From positions 60,938,827-61,002,826 of the forward strand of contig NC_068982.1 of assembly GCF_001194135.2 (NCBI RefSeq): a stretch of 64,000 nt of DNA, in the 5' to 3' direction. Source of the DNA: Octopus bimaculoides (Eukaryota). Of the stretch, positions 53,302-64,000 are shown piece by piece. Both the position numbers and the translations under genes were made by a program. Positions within the stretch are counted from its first letter, which is position 1, and every line of letters begins with the position of its first letter. The notes below the pieces were generated by a model that saw only the letters and a program-made list of their open reading frames with translations, was not told the origin of the DNA and searched no databases.

Positions 53302-54159
53302 NNNNNNNNNNNNNNNNNNNNNNNNNNNNNNNNNNNNNNNNNNNNNNNNNNNNNNNNNNNNNNNNNNNNNNNNNNNNNNNNNNNNNNNNNNNNNNNNNNN
53401 NNNNNNNNNNNNNNNNNNNNNNNNNNNNNNNNNNNNNNNNNNNNNNNNNNNNNNNNNNNNNNNNNNNNNNNNNNNNNNNNNNNNNNNNNNNNNNNNNNNN
53501 NNNNNNNNNNNNNNNNNNNNNNNNNNNNNNNNNNNNNNNNNNNNNNNNNNNNNNNNNNNNNNNNNNNNNNNNNNNNNNNNNNNNNNNNNNNNNNNNNNNN
53601 NNNNNNNNNNNNNNNNNNNNNNNNNNNNNNNNNNNNNNNNNNNNNNNNNNNNNNNNNNNNNNNNNNNNNNNNNNNNNNNNNNNNNNNNNNNNNNNNNNNN
53701 NNNNNNNNNNNNNNNNNNNNNNNNNNNNNNNNNNNNNNNNNNNNNNNNNNNNNNNNNNNNNNNNNNNNNNNNNNNNNNNNNNNNNNNNNNNNNNNNNNNN
53801 NNNNNNNNNNNNNNNNNNNNNNNNNNNNNNNNNNNNNNNNNNNNNNNNNNNNNNNNNNNNNNNNNNNNNNNNNNNNNNNNNNNNNNNNNNNNNNNNNNNN
53901 NNNNNNNNNNNNNNNNNNNNNNNNNNNNNNNNNNNNNNNNNNNNNNNNNNNNNNNNNNNNNNNNNNNNNNNNNNNNNNNNNNNNNNNNNNNNNNNNNNNN
54001 NNNNNNNNNNNNNNNNNNNNNNNNNNNNNNNNNNNNNNNNNNNNNNNNNNNNNNNNNNNNNNNNNNNNNNNNNNNNNNNNNNNNNNNNNNNNNNNNNNNN
54101 NNNNNNNNNNNNNNNNNNNNNNNNNNNNNNNNNNNNNNNNNNNNNNNNNNNNNNNNNNN

Positions 54160-54244
<85 letters not shown>

Positions 54245-54250
54245 CACATG
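53238..54250 (+). repeat. (GT)n microsatellite spanning a large gap
   Basis: Direct. Confidence 0.9.
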
Positions 54251-54329
54251 TGTGTGCAATATAATAATAACATATCAAAAAAATGTCACAGAAATTTCAT
54301 TGACACGTTGCAAAAGTGATTCCCACATA

Positions 54330-54550
54330 ATATCGGTTTCAAATTTTGACACAAAGCCAGTAATTTCAAGGAAAGGGGTAAAATAATTACATTGACCCCA
54401 GGACTTAACTGGTACTTATTCTATTGACCCTGAAAGGATGAAAGGTAAAGTCAACCTCAGCTGAATTTGAACTCAGAATGCAAAGACAGACAAAATGTCA
54501 CTAAGCATTTTGCCCCACATGCTAACAAATTCTGCCAGCTCACTGCCTTA
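54330..54550 (-). mobile_element. SINE family C copy (tail variant 2)
   Basis: ggtttcaaattttgacacaaagccag..aactggtacttattctattgaccc..ctgccagctcactgcctt. Confidence 0.88.
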
Positions 54551-54872
54551 TTCTCATACATGTAATGTATAAGAACAATAAGTCAAAATAACAAAAATAG
54601 CATATCATAATAATATATGAGAATACACTATAATATATGCTTCAGAAATAATACATATTTCGAAAAAATATAACATGATGAAATTCAGTAATATCTCCTA
54701 AAACACATATTATGCATATATACATATATATGAAATTAGTATACATTTATACACAAAAGAGGTGACCCTAAACAGGATACCTTACATGCTAAAAGGGACA
54801 GTCAAAGTCCAAGCCACGGTTAAGAGTAATTTCGAAGGGGATGAACAATAAAAACATTTTCAATAGTTACCA

Positions 54873-54941
54873 CTTGTACCTAGGTTTCGAACATTAATGA
54901 ACAAATAAAATAATTTGTTATCCATGTTCTTCATCAACAAG
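54873..54941 (-). ncRNA. Type I hammerhead-ribozyme-like motif (C3U variant) in a putative PLE terminal-repeat fragment (about 54720-55025)
   Basis: cttg-TTGATGA-A-GAACAT(..)ATGTTC-GAAA-CCTAGG-TA-caag: helix I 4 bp in register, helix II 6 bp plus a 7-bp extension, palindromic ACCTAGGT helix III. Confidence 0.65.
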
Positions 54942-55593
54942 GGCGCTAATAATTAACATATAATTATGGGACAAATAGAGAGCACATGTCACATCTTAAT
55001 ACATTATAATTTTTCAAATCCACCACGCATGTATATATATATATATATATTTATATATATTTATGTATATATTTATATATTTATATATATTTATGTATNN
55101 NNNNNNNNNNNNNNNNNNNNNNNNNNNNNNNNNNNNNNNNNNNNNNNNNNNNNNNNNNNNNNNNNNNNNNNNNNNNNNNNNNNNNNNNNNNNNNNNNNNN
55201 NNNNNNNNNNNNNNNNNNNNNNNNNNNNNNNNNNNNNNNNNNNNNNNNNNNNNNNNNNNNNNNNNNNNNNNNNNNNNNNNNNNNNNNNNNNNNNNNNNNN
55301 NNNNNNNNNNNNNNNNNNNNNNNNNNNNNNNNNNNNNNNNNNNNNNNNNNNNNNNNNNNNNNNNNNNNNNNNNNNNNNNNNNNNNNNNNNNNNNNNNNNN
55401 NNNNNNNNNNNNNNNNNNNNNNNNNNNNNNNNNNNNNNNNNNNNNNNNNNNNNNNNNNNNNNNNNNNNNNNNNNNNNNNNNNNNNNNNNNNNNNNNNNNN
55501 NNNNNNNNNNNNNNNNNNNNNNNNNNNNNNNNNNNNNATATATATACATATATATATATATATACATGTATATATTTATATATATTTTACATA

Positions 55594-55629
<36 letters not shown>

Positions 55630-55632
<3 letters not shown>

Positions 55633-56530
55633 TCATCATCATCATCATTGTCGTTTAACGTCTGCTTTCCATGCTGGCATGGGTTGGACAGTTTGACTGG
55701 GGGCTGACAAGCCAGAAGGCTGTACTAGGCTCCAATCTGGCAAAGTTTCAACAACTGGATTCCCTCCCTAACGCCAACCACTCTGAGAGTGTAGTGGGTG
55801 CTTATTATGTGTCACTGGCATGAGGGCCAGACAGGCAGTACTGGCATCAACCACACTTGAATGCTACTTTTTATGTGCTACCAACACAGGAACCAGTCAG
55901 GCAGCACTGGCATAGGCCATGGTTATGGTCTCACCTGGCTTGCTGGGTCTTCTCAATCACAGTATATCTCCAAAGGTCTCAGCCAGTTCTCATTGCCTCG
56001 GTGAGGCCCAATGCTAGAAGGTCGTGCTTCACCACCTCATCCCACGTCTTTCTGGGTCTACCTCCTTCACAGGATCCTTCTACTGCTAGAGTGTGACACT
56101 TTATCACACAGCTGTCCTCATCCATTTGCACCACATGACCATACCAGCGCAGTCATCTCTCTTGCACACCACATCTGATGCTTCTTAAGTCCAACTTTTC
56201 TTTCAGGGCACATACACTCTGTCGTGTATGCATGTTGACATTACACATCCAGTGGAGCATACTGGCTTCATTCCTTGCAAGCTTACACATGTCCTCAACA
56301 GTCATAGCCCATGTTTCACTGCCATGTAGCATGGCAGTTTGCACACATGCATCATACAGTCTACCTTTTGCTCTGAGCGAGAGGCCCTTTGTCTCCAGCA
56401 GAGGTAGGAGCTCTCTGAACTTTGCCTAGGCTATTATTATTCTAACAGCTACACTTTCAGAGCATCCACCCCTGCTACTGACTTGGTCACCTAGGTAACG
56501 GAAGCTATCAAGTACTTGTAGTTTTTCCCC
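55630..56530 (-). mobile_element. 5'-truncated RTE-like LINE: ORF C-terminus, 3' UTR and (GAT)n tail
   Basis: GEKLQVLDSFRYLGD..KFRELLPLL..GRLYDACVQTAMLHGSETW..LRWYGHV..GRPRKTWDEVVK (about 56520-55935), then UTR with ggttggcgttaggagggaatcc and tail ccaacccatgccagcatggaaagcagacgttaaacgacaatgatgat. Confidence 0.9.
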
Positions 56531-56534
56531 CCTG

Positions 56535-56660
56535 TAATGTAATCAACTTGTATTTATTTTATTGATCCTGAATGGATGAAAACCATAGTTGCTGTTGGCA
56601 GCTTTTGAACTCTGAATGTAAAACCAGAAGACATGCTGTTCAGCATTTTGTCCAGCTCAT
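56535..56660 (-). mobile_element. Degenerate SINE family C fragment
   Basis: tattgatcctgaatggatgaa..ttttgaactctgaatgtaaaaccagaag..cagcattttgtccagctc. Confidence 0.65.
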
Positions 56661-57449
56661 TGCTTTCAATATGAAAAGATAATGAATCATTTTCTTAAAA
56701 TGACAAAGTGGAATTTCAGGGAGGCTTGGCTATTGTCTCTTGCAGGCAACATTTATGATATGTTTATACTGCCAGTTGACTTGGATTTTAAATAGTTAAG
56801 ACCTGGACTACGATGTTGTGGATGGCACATACAGCAAATTAACATACAAATGACACAGTGAAGATAAAACTTACCCTCAGCCATGTAAATTACTTTTGTA
56901 AAATAAATTCTTAATTTCTGAAAACTGTCTCCCTTTTTCTTTAAGAGTCAATAGCAATAATTATTATTTTTCTTTATCTTTCTACAATTAAATGGAAAAT
57001 TTCAGTTAATTGAGATATTTTTAATATATTATTCAGTACATTAACCCTCTGAAATTATTTAGCTGTAGCTCTGTTAACTAGAAGGTGAAGCTGCTGGTAG
57101 TTTGCTAATTCGGAAAATAACAAATCATACATTTTACCTTCAGTGGTATCTTCATTATCATACCTTGCATGTATATGCATGTGTATATGAGTGATATGAG
57201 TGCATATATTTATATTGCTATCTATCTATCTATCTATATATATATATATCTGTGTGTGTGTAGGTGTGCATAGATAGATTCTTATAAATATATTTGTATG
57301 TATACATATGTATATGCATATATATATGCGTATGTATGTATGTATGTATGTATGACTACTACTCATACTGATCTATCGGTCTGCATATATATGTATAAAT
57401 GTGTGTGTGTGTACATCTATGCGTTTGTGTGTGTGTACATATATGTGTA

Positions 57450-57480
<31 letters not shown>

Positions 57481-57543
57481 NNNNNNNNNNNNNNNNNNNN
57501 NNNNNNNNNNNNNNNNNNNNNNNNNNNNNNNNNNNNNNNNNNN

Positions 57544-57634
<91 letters not shown>

Positions 57635-57635
57635 T
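57544..57635 (+). repeat. (GATA)n tetranucleotide microsatellite
   Basis: Direct. Confidence 0.97.
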
Positions 57636-57639
57636 ACAT

Positions 57640-58153
57640 ATCATCATCATTGTTTAACGTCCGTTTTCCATGCTGGCATGGGTTGGATGGTTTGATTGAG
57701 GTCTGGAGAACCAGCAGCTGCACCAGGTTCCAGTCTGATCTGGCAATGTTTCTACTGCTGGATGCCCTTTCTAACACCAACCACTCCAAGAGTGTAGTGG
57801 ACGCTTTTTATGTGCCACTGGCACAGGAGCTACTCAGGCGGTACTGGCATCGATCATGTTTGGATAGTGCTTTTTATGTGCCACCGGCACTGGGACCAGC
57901 CAGTGGGTACTGGCATTGGCCATGTTCGGATGGTGCTTTTTACATACCACCGGCATGGGAGCTGGTCAGTGGGTACTGGCATCAGTCACGTTCAAATGGT
58001 GCTTTTTACGTGCAGCTGGCATGGGAGCCAGTCAGTGGGTACCGGCATTGGCTACGTTCGGATGGTGCATTTTACGTGCAACCAACATGGAAGCCAGTCA
58101 GTGGGTACTGGCATCGGCCACATTCGGATGGTGCTTTTTACATGCCACAGGCA
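57640..58153 (-). mobile_element. RTE-type 3' tail containing a 66-bp tandem array (about 5.3 units, 57803-58153)
   Basis: gc(t/a)tttta anchors at 57803, 57869, 57935, 58001, 58067 and 58133 (exact 66-bp period). Tail catcatcattgtttaacgtccgttttccatgctggcatggg. Confidence 0.92.
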
Positions 58154-58314
58154 TATATTATATATGTAAATACGTACATATATGTATGCACTAGCTGATA
58201 CCTATCATTTTTCTCTCCCCGTCATTGTTCTTCTTTAAAATCTTGCATCATATCCACTGATGGTCACTACTCTCTTCTCAGATATGAAGCCCATGATAAA
58301 CATTGAAAAATCTG

Positions 58315-58825
58315 GCTGTACTCACACACACCACACAACCATTCACAAGCACATGCACACACATAGTCTTTCACACACAGTCATTCACATAAACACATAC
58401 AAACACATAAACACTCACATACACACAATCACTCTCTCTCTCTCTCCCCTCTCACACACACACACACATACAATCACTCACACACACAATCACTCTCACA
58501 CACAATCATTCACATACACACTTATACAATCACTCATACACACACACAATCACTTACACACATACACACACACAATCGCTTACACACATACACACACAGA
58601 CAATCACTAACACAATCATTCATATACACACTTATACATTCACTCACACACACACACACACACACATACACATACAATCACTTGCACACAATCATTCTCA
58701 CACAATCATTCACACACACATGCACAATCACTCACACACTCATGCACACACATACTCACTCATGCACACACATACTCCCTCATACACATTACACACAGTC
58801 AGATACACATACACAAACACAATCG
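58315..58825 (+). repeat. Degenerate (CA)n-derived minisatellite punctuated by ACAATCA(C/T) motifs
   Basis: Repeated cacacaatcactc/cacaatcattcac units. Confidence 0.85.
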
Positions 58826-60445
58826 TTTATAACGGTTAGTTGAAACAGTTATCTACAATTAGCATTTTTTTTTTTCAATTTGGGGAGAAGAAATTACTTT
58901 TTTACTCAGCAAACTTATACATCAATTAGGGATGAAAATCCTGGAAAGAAAGAAATTTATTTTCCAAGAATTCAGTATACAAAAAAATCCAAAGTTGCAG
59001 TCTTCAGCAATAATGTATTTCTCAGATTATTTTCAGATTTTAAAACCCTGATTAATTCATTTCATTAAGTCTATTTTAACATAAAACAAACAATTTCATT
59101 AAAAAAATATATTTTGTAGCACTTTTTTTTATCTTTTAAAATTATAATTTTAACAATATTCTTCAAAGATTAATTAATTTAGCTCCTAGCTATGTTTTAT
59201 TTCCTATAGAAATCGAGAACTTTCTGCTGAAATATTTGTCAATTTAAGAGAACATTGATTAATTTCAAAATGTTTTATTGTCAAATTAAATGCCAGTTTT
59301 TGTGAGCTTAACATGGTTAAATCTGAAAGAATTAATCTGTATTGTTAGTAATGCTTGTCTGGACAGACAGTATGTAAACGCCACTAAATAAAGTAGAACC
59401 TAGTCAGAACTTTGTTCTCATGGCTGCTTATGGAAATATTAAACTATCTATTCAAATAACATAGCTTTACTGCTAATTGACGGAGGCAGCACCTTAGCAA
59501 TCTCTTCTTTAATAGCACGCCTAACACAAATAATGGTGAATCAGCAACAGCGAAAATGCTTTTACAATAGATACTGGGTTGAAGCCAGGTCAGGTTAAAG
59601 GTGACACATGTGTTATCAATTGCTATGGTTCTTGGAAAAGATGCAACAATTTTCTTCATTTGTTGCTGTACTCTGATGGCCAGGAAGGGGCACTGCTGTT
59701 GATATCTATCAATTCTTCAAACATAAATACCATATTAGCATTGACCATTTATCTACCCTGCCACTCTGTGAGAGATGGTGTTCAACAAATAATGAGCCAG
59801 CAGTAAATTACAATAAGATATGGCATCTTACTATCTTTAATACTACCTGGTGATATATATATATTCGCTGAAACCAAACTGGATATTGGCTAATCTGACC
59901 AGTGAACTATGACCAAAATCAAATACAACTATTGGCTTTTAGTTTTAGTGTTTTAACTTATTCTTCTCTGCTTGATTCTAGTTTTAAAAGTCTATTGATA
60001 TTGTGTTGCTGCTTGCAACATCATGAGAGTTTTGTGTTTTTAGTTTTTATGATTCATGATTATTTTGATTTACACACCAGATAAATTTTCCTGATAACGA
60101 AACCTCAACTAGTTGCTGTAAACTTTAGCAAATTTTGACTCCAAGCATTTACCTTCTTCATAAAAGTACTTGACAGCAAACCTCTTGATGTCATGGAGTT
60201 GTTATTGTTGATTCTTACATCCTGTCAATGACTTTTCTTAAGTGAGAGGGACACTGGGTTAATATGTAATACATTAGATTTAGTAACGCAACAAAGATCA
60301 AACATTATGGCTAACATTTTTGTTTGCTGTATAACAGCAAAATCAGTTTTTAAAAAGGGAATTGATTTATTATCATGCCAGTATGTTCTGTATTACAAAT
60401 ACTATTAGACACGGCCTAACTATTTCCATGACAGAATTTTAGATT

Positions 60446-60650
60446 ATTGTTGTTGTTGTTGTTGTTGCTTAGGCCTGATCTAGGCAGACCTTTGATCAAA
60501 AGTATTCCACCTGTGACCCTCTCAACATATTCCTATTTGTAGAGAACCCCAAATCACATTATCCAAATATCCCTTTTTAAGATTGTAGAATGTGATTTCA
60601 AGGTGATTTGGCTGCTATTTCTAGCAGACTGAGAAACCACATAGAGGCTT
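60446..60650 (-). mobile_element. Retroposed short repeat (family E) with (CAA)n tail; relatives at about 1120-1200, 7530-7670, 16580-16750, 51925-52125
   Basis: Shared gtgatttg..gatttggctgctatttctagcag block and gatc..aaagg(t/c)attcca..tgacc block. (TTG)n at the left end. Confidence 0.6.
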
Positions 60651-62859
60651 GAAAATTTTATGTATTATTTCAATGTGTTAGAGTGTGTTCTAATGATAGT
60701 TACCCCTATCCAAATTTCAATTTTTTTTTTTATTACCTTGAAAAATGGACATTAAATTTAAATTCAATGTTTTTCTTAAAGTATGAATTTTCTCTCTCCT
60801 TTTGTCTCTCAAAGGCAAAAAAAAAATCATTGGATGTAGATGTAAAGAGGCAAAAATTTCCTATTATCGTGTCATGCTTATTTATCAAGATGGGGCAGCG
60901 TCAAATGCATTTTGGCCCCCAAAGCATTGAGAAGCCTTATTGAACTCTCTCTCACTCTCTCTCTCTCCATCTATCTATCTATCTATCTATCTCTATCTAT
61001 CTATCTTGCTTTCTCTCAAATAGTTTTATCTTCACTGTTTTCTCTCAAACTTAGTTCACTAATTCATTTTCTTTTAACATAAACTCAAACATCTGTCTTT
61101 GCTACCTATCTTCAATTTGACTATGATAAAATACTACCTACTCTATTTAACTTTTCATTACATGAGTATTCTGTATACTAACAACACTGAATACTTCAAA
61201 ATAAGTTTCATTAGTATATGAAAATATCACACATCCAGTTGATAATAAACATACAATAATATTCATAATGTATATACAAAAATTGAACATCACTAGCTTT
61301 TTTATTTCTCAGTGTAACTTCTCTTAAGAGTATGTTAAAAACAAAGAGCTCACTCAAAATGTTATCAGTGGATCACCAAACACTGATGTTTTGAATTGAT
61401 TTGGTCTCATCAGTGATAAACACCTAAAATCATTCTGATACAGAAATGAGCAAACAAGGCAATTTACTGATTTGTATGAAAGCTAAAATTCACATACATA
61501 TATGTGAATTTATGTATGTAGAATATTTTCATTCATATATATGTATAATTTATATATATATATATATATATNNNNNNNNNNNNNNNNNNNNNNNNNNNNN
61601 NNNNNNNNNNNNNNNNNNNNNNNNNNNNNNNNNNNNNNNNNNNNNNNNNNNNNNNNNNNNNNNNNNNNNNNNNNNNNNNNNNNNNNNNNNNNNNNNNNNT
61701 ATATATATATGTAAATTATGCATATATATATAATATATATTCATAATTTACATACACATACACACACAAACATGCACACACACATGTACACATACACACA
61801 TATACATATGTATGTATATATAAATTATATAGATATGTGTGTGTATGTATGCATGTATGTGTGCATGTATGTATATGTACATATAATCTGACTGAATCTA
61901 TAAAATAGTCATTCTAATTGTAATTTTCTGATACCTTCAATATCTTTGAGTTAAGTAACCTGTATTTTATACTGCTTATTATCTCACTTGCAAGCAGTTT
62001 TTAATGACCAGTGCTCAATATTCTAAATTCATTTGATCACAGATGATTTCATTGACCCAATGGATCATACATATCACATTCTAGCCTTCAAAGTTTACAG
62101 ATTATATTTGAGCATTATAAAGTAACCAACTCCCTTTTATCACATGGCATCATGCAGCTATTCACTTGTGAATAATAAATGCTTTTGAGCAAGAGCAAAA
62201 TTTCTCAGACCTTTTTAAACTATTAAGAACTGAAGCTAGTATGTTACTATTAATCCCATCAACCACAGTCGTTAACTCTACTGAATAACAGAAGTTATAT
62301 ACTACTTTAAGTAAAGTGTCACTTTAGTCTGTGGTATTTAGGTCTTGACTACATGTAATGTCTATCATGTCAATGCATCAATGCACTTAGTGAAAATGTT
62401 TGTTCATTGGCAATCTGCTTGAATGCCACTATACATCTTGTGTATTCATTGATTGCACAGATAATATTAAGTTCCTTCACTGTTGGCTTGTAGAGTTGCT
62501 GACCATTAACGAACATCTTAGTATTGATTCTGTGATATGAACCAGACCATTTACATATGGGAACTTCCAAGGACATTGAGACTTGAATTCTGCTGGAAAT
62601 TTAAAGGCATAATCTAAGACACTAATTAATATTTATCTTTAATAAACCACAGTCAAACTATTGTTTGCATAACTTTCTCATACACTTCTTTAAATCAAAC
62701 AGTATACATGTATCTAAAATGTTAATTTTAAAGTAAAAAATGGTATATGAATATTACTTCATAGTTAGAAGACACACACACACACATGTATATATATGTA
62801 TATATACACACACATTCATAGACATATAACTGTATCTATATCTATACATTTCCTCATCC

Positions 62860-63595
62860 TCATCATCATTTAATGGCCTTGTTCCATGCTGGAATGGATT
62901 GGATTTTTGATAAGAATTTGATGAGTCCAAGGACTATATCATGCACCAGCATCTGCATTGTCATGGTTTCTATGACTGGGTGGCCTTTCAAATGCCAACC
63001 ACTTTACAGTGTGTACTGGATGCTTATTCCATGTCAATAGCACAACTGAGGTCACCATGCAGTTCACAAGTTTACAAACCCAAGGAGTATGTGTGCCTCC
63101 TTATGTTAGATGGTGGTTAATGTATGAGGGAAGAAGTTGGGGTAGAACAGGTTCTTGTTGTAGATGAGCTACATGGTTACTCATATGTAAGGGAGAGAGT
63201 ATATAAGAGAGTGAGAATGAATTGGTGGTATCTCCAAAGTGATGGATAGTGGTGATGAGCTGTCCAGGTGTCACATCAGGTAACAGTAGTAGATGTGGGG
63301 TGGTTCAAGGGTATATGGGAAGAAGATAGATGAAGTTTGGGTGGACTGCAGGAGTGGAGCAGAGAGATAGACAGGTATAGTACATGAGAAAAGATAATTT
63401 AAGGGTGGTCTAAGGAAGGGATGATAGAATGGCCACTGTAACATGTGTTCCTGGAGAATAGTATTAATGAAGGAGAATGGGTAACAAGTGACATGGATAT
63501 GGATAGCAAAAGAAAAATGTGATGTCAGGAGTGGGGGAGAGTTGCAGTGGGCAGGGAGAGATGTGCAGGGGGGGGTGATTAGATGCACTGGAACA
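62860..63595 (-). mobile_element. Family D RTE-tailed element copy, old
   Basis: catcatcatttaatggccttgttccatgctgg..gcctttcaaatgccaaccactttacagtgtgtactgg, then a G/A-rich block like 32200-32640. Confidence 0.65.
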
Positions 63596-63696
63596 GTAAA
63601 GTGTCGCTTTAGTCTGTGGTATTTACTTAAATTTAATACATACAATACATCCACACACACACATATATACACACACACATCATATGTATATATGCG

Positions 63697-63756
<60 letters not shown>

Positions 63757-64000
63757 TGAATAAAAATAAAAAAATATAAAAAAGGGTTTTGTATGATCGT
63801 GTATAGAGGAATATATTATTTAAAAGAGTTCTAACTCTGTCTGTTCTTTATGTTTTATTTATATTCTTATAAAATTAATGTGGGATGTAGAATATGGAAC
63901 ATATAATATAAATAGTAAAATGAAATGAAGTATTGAATGTCTTATTGAATATATGAAATATTGAGTATTAAATATAGAGTATTAAATATATAAAGACTAG

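Noticed and set aside
57650-58198. 182-aa ORF with 22-aa repeats, and CRISPR-like periodicity
   Set aside because: It is antisense to an RTE 3' UTR. The 66-bp units are whole-unit tandem repeats without unique spacers, and there are no cas genes.
61381-61420. Minus-strand CTGATGAGACC..TCAAAACATC, a possible decayed hammerhead
   Set aside because: It needs several back-mutations (G12, helix II, helix III), helix I is out of register, and the cactgatg/catcagtg pairing would sequester the core.

Overview
This is an AT-rich, gap-containing eukaryotic scaffold, most likely from a coleoid cephalopod (Octopus-like). That assignment is an inference from the SINE families, the RTE tails ending in (GAT)n and the extreme microsatellite density. 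I could not support any host protein-coding exon. Almost all ORFs in the track are microsatellite or N-gap read-throughs. The window looks like intergenic or large-intron DNA filled with mobile-element debris: (i) three tRNA-type SINE families (A, B and C, my labels) in about 30 full or partial copies; (ii) RTE-like LINE 3' fragments and many orphan RTE tails; (iii) a 5'-truncated Penelope-like element (RT + GIY-YIG); (iv) an internally deleted Helitron not visible in the ORF track; (v) an R2/R4-type restriction-like endonuclease remnant and a CR1/L2/Jockey-type RT remnant; (vi) a piggyBac-type TTAA MITE family and a 176-bp solo-LTR-like element. The most interesting signal is four unrelated sequence families carrying type I hammerhead-ribozyme-like folds with palindromic helix III (11080-11160, 18969/19325, 49855-49984, 54873-54941). 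One of them lies in a ~350-bp tandem unit inserted into a SINE with a 12-bp target-site-like duplication, an architecture resembling non-LTR retrozymes. All ribozyme calls were made by eye, and each copy deviates from the catalytic consensus, so activity is unproven. Ends of old repeat copies are approximate (about +/-10-20 bp). Main N gaps: 402-819, 12898-13023, 23821-24106, 37219-37379, 46043-46758, 53302-54159, 55099-55537, 61572-61699.
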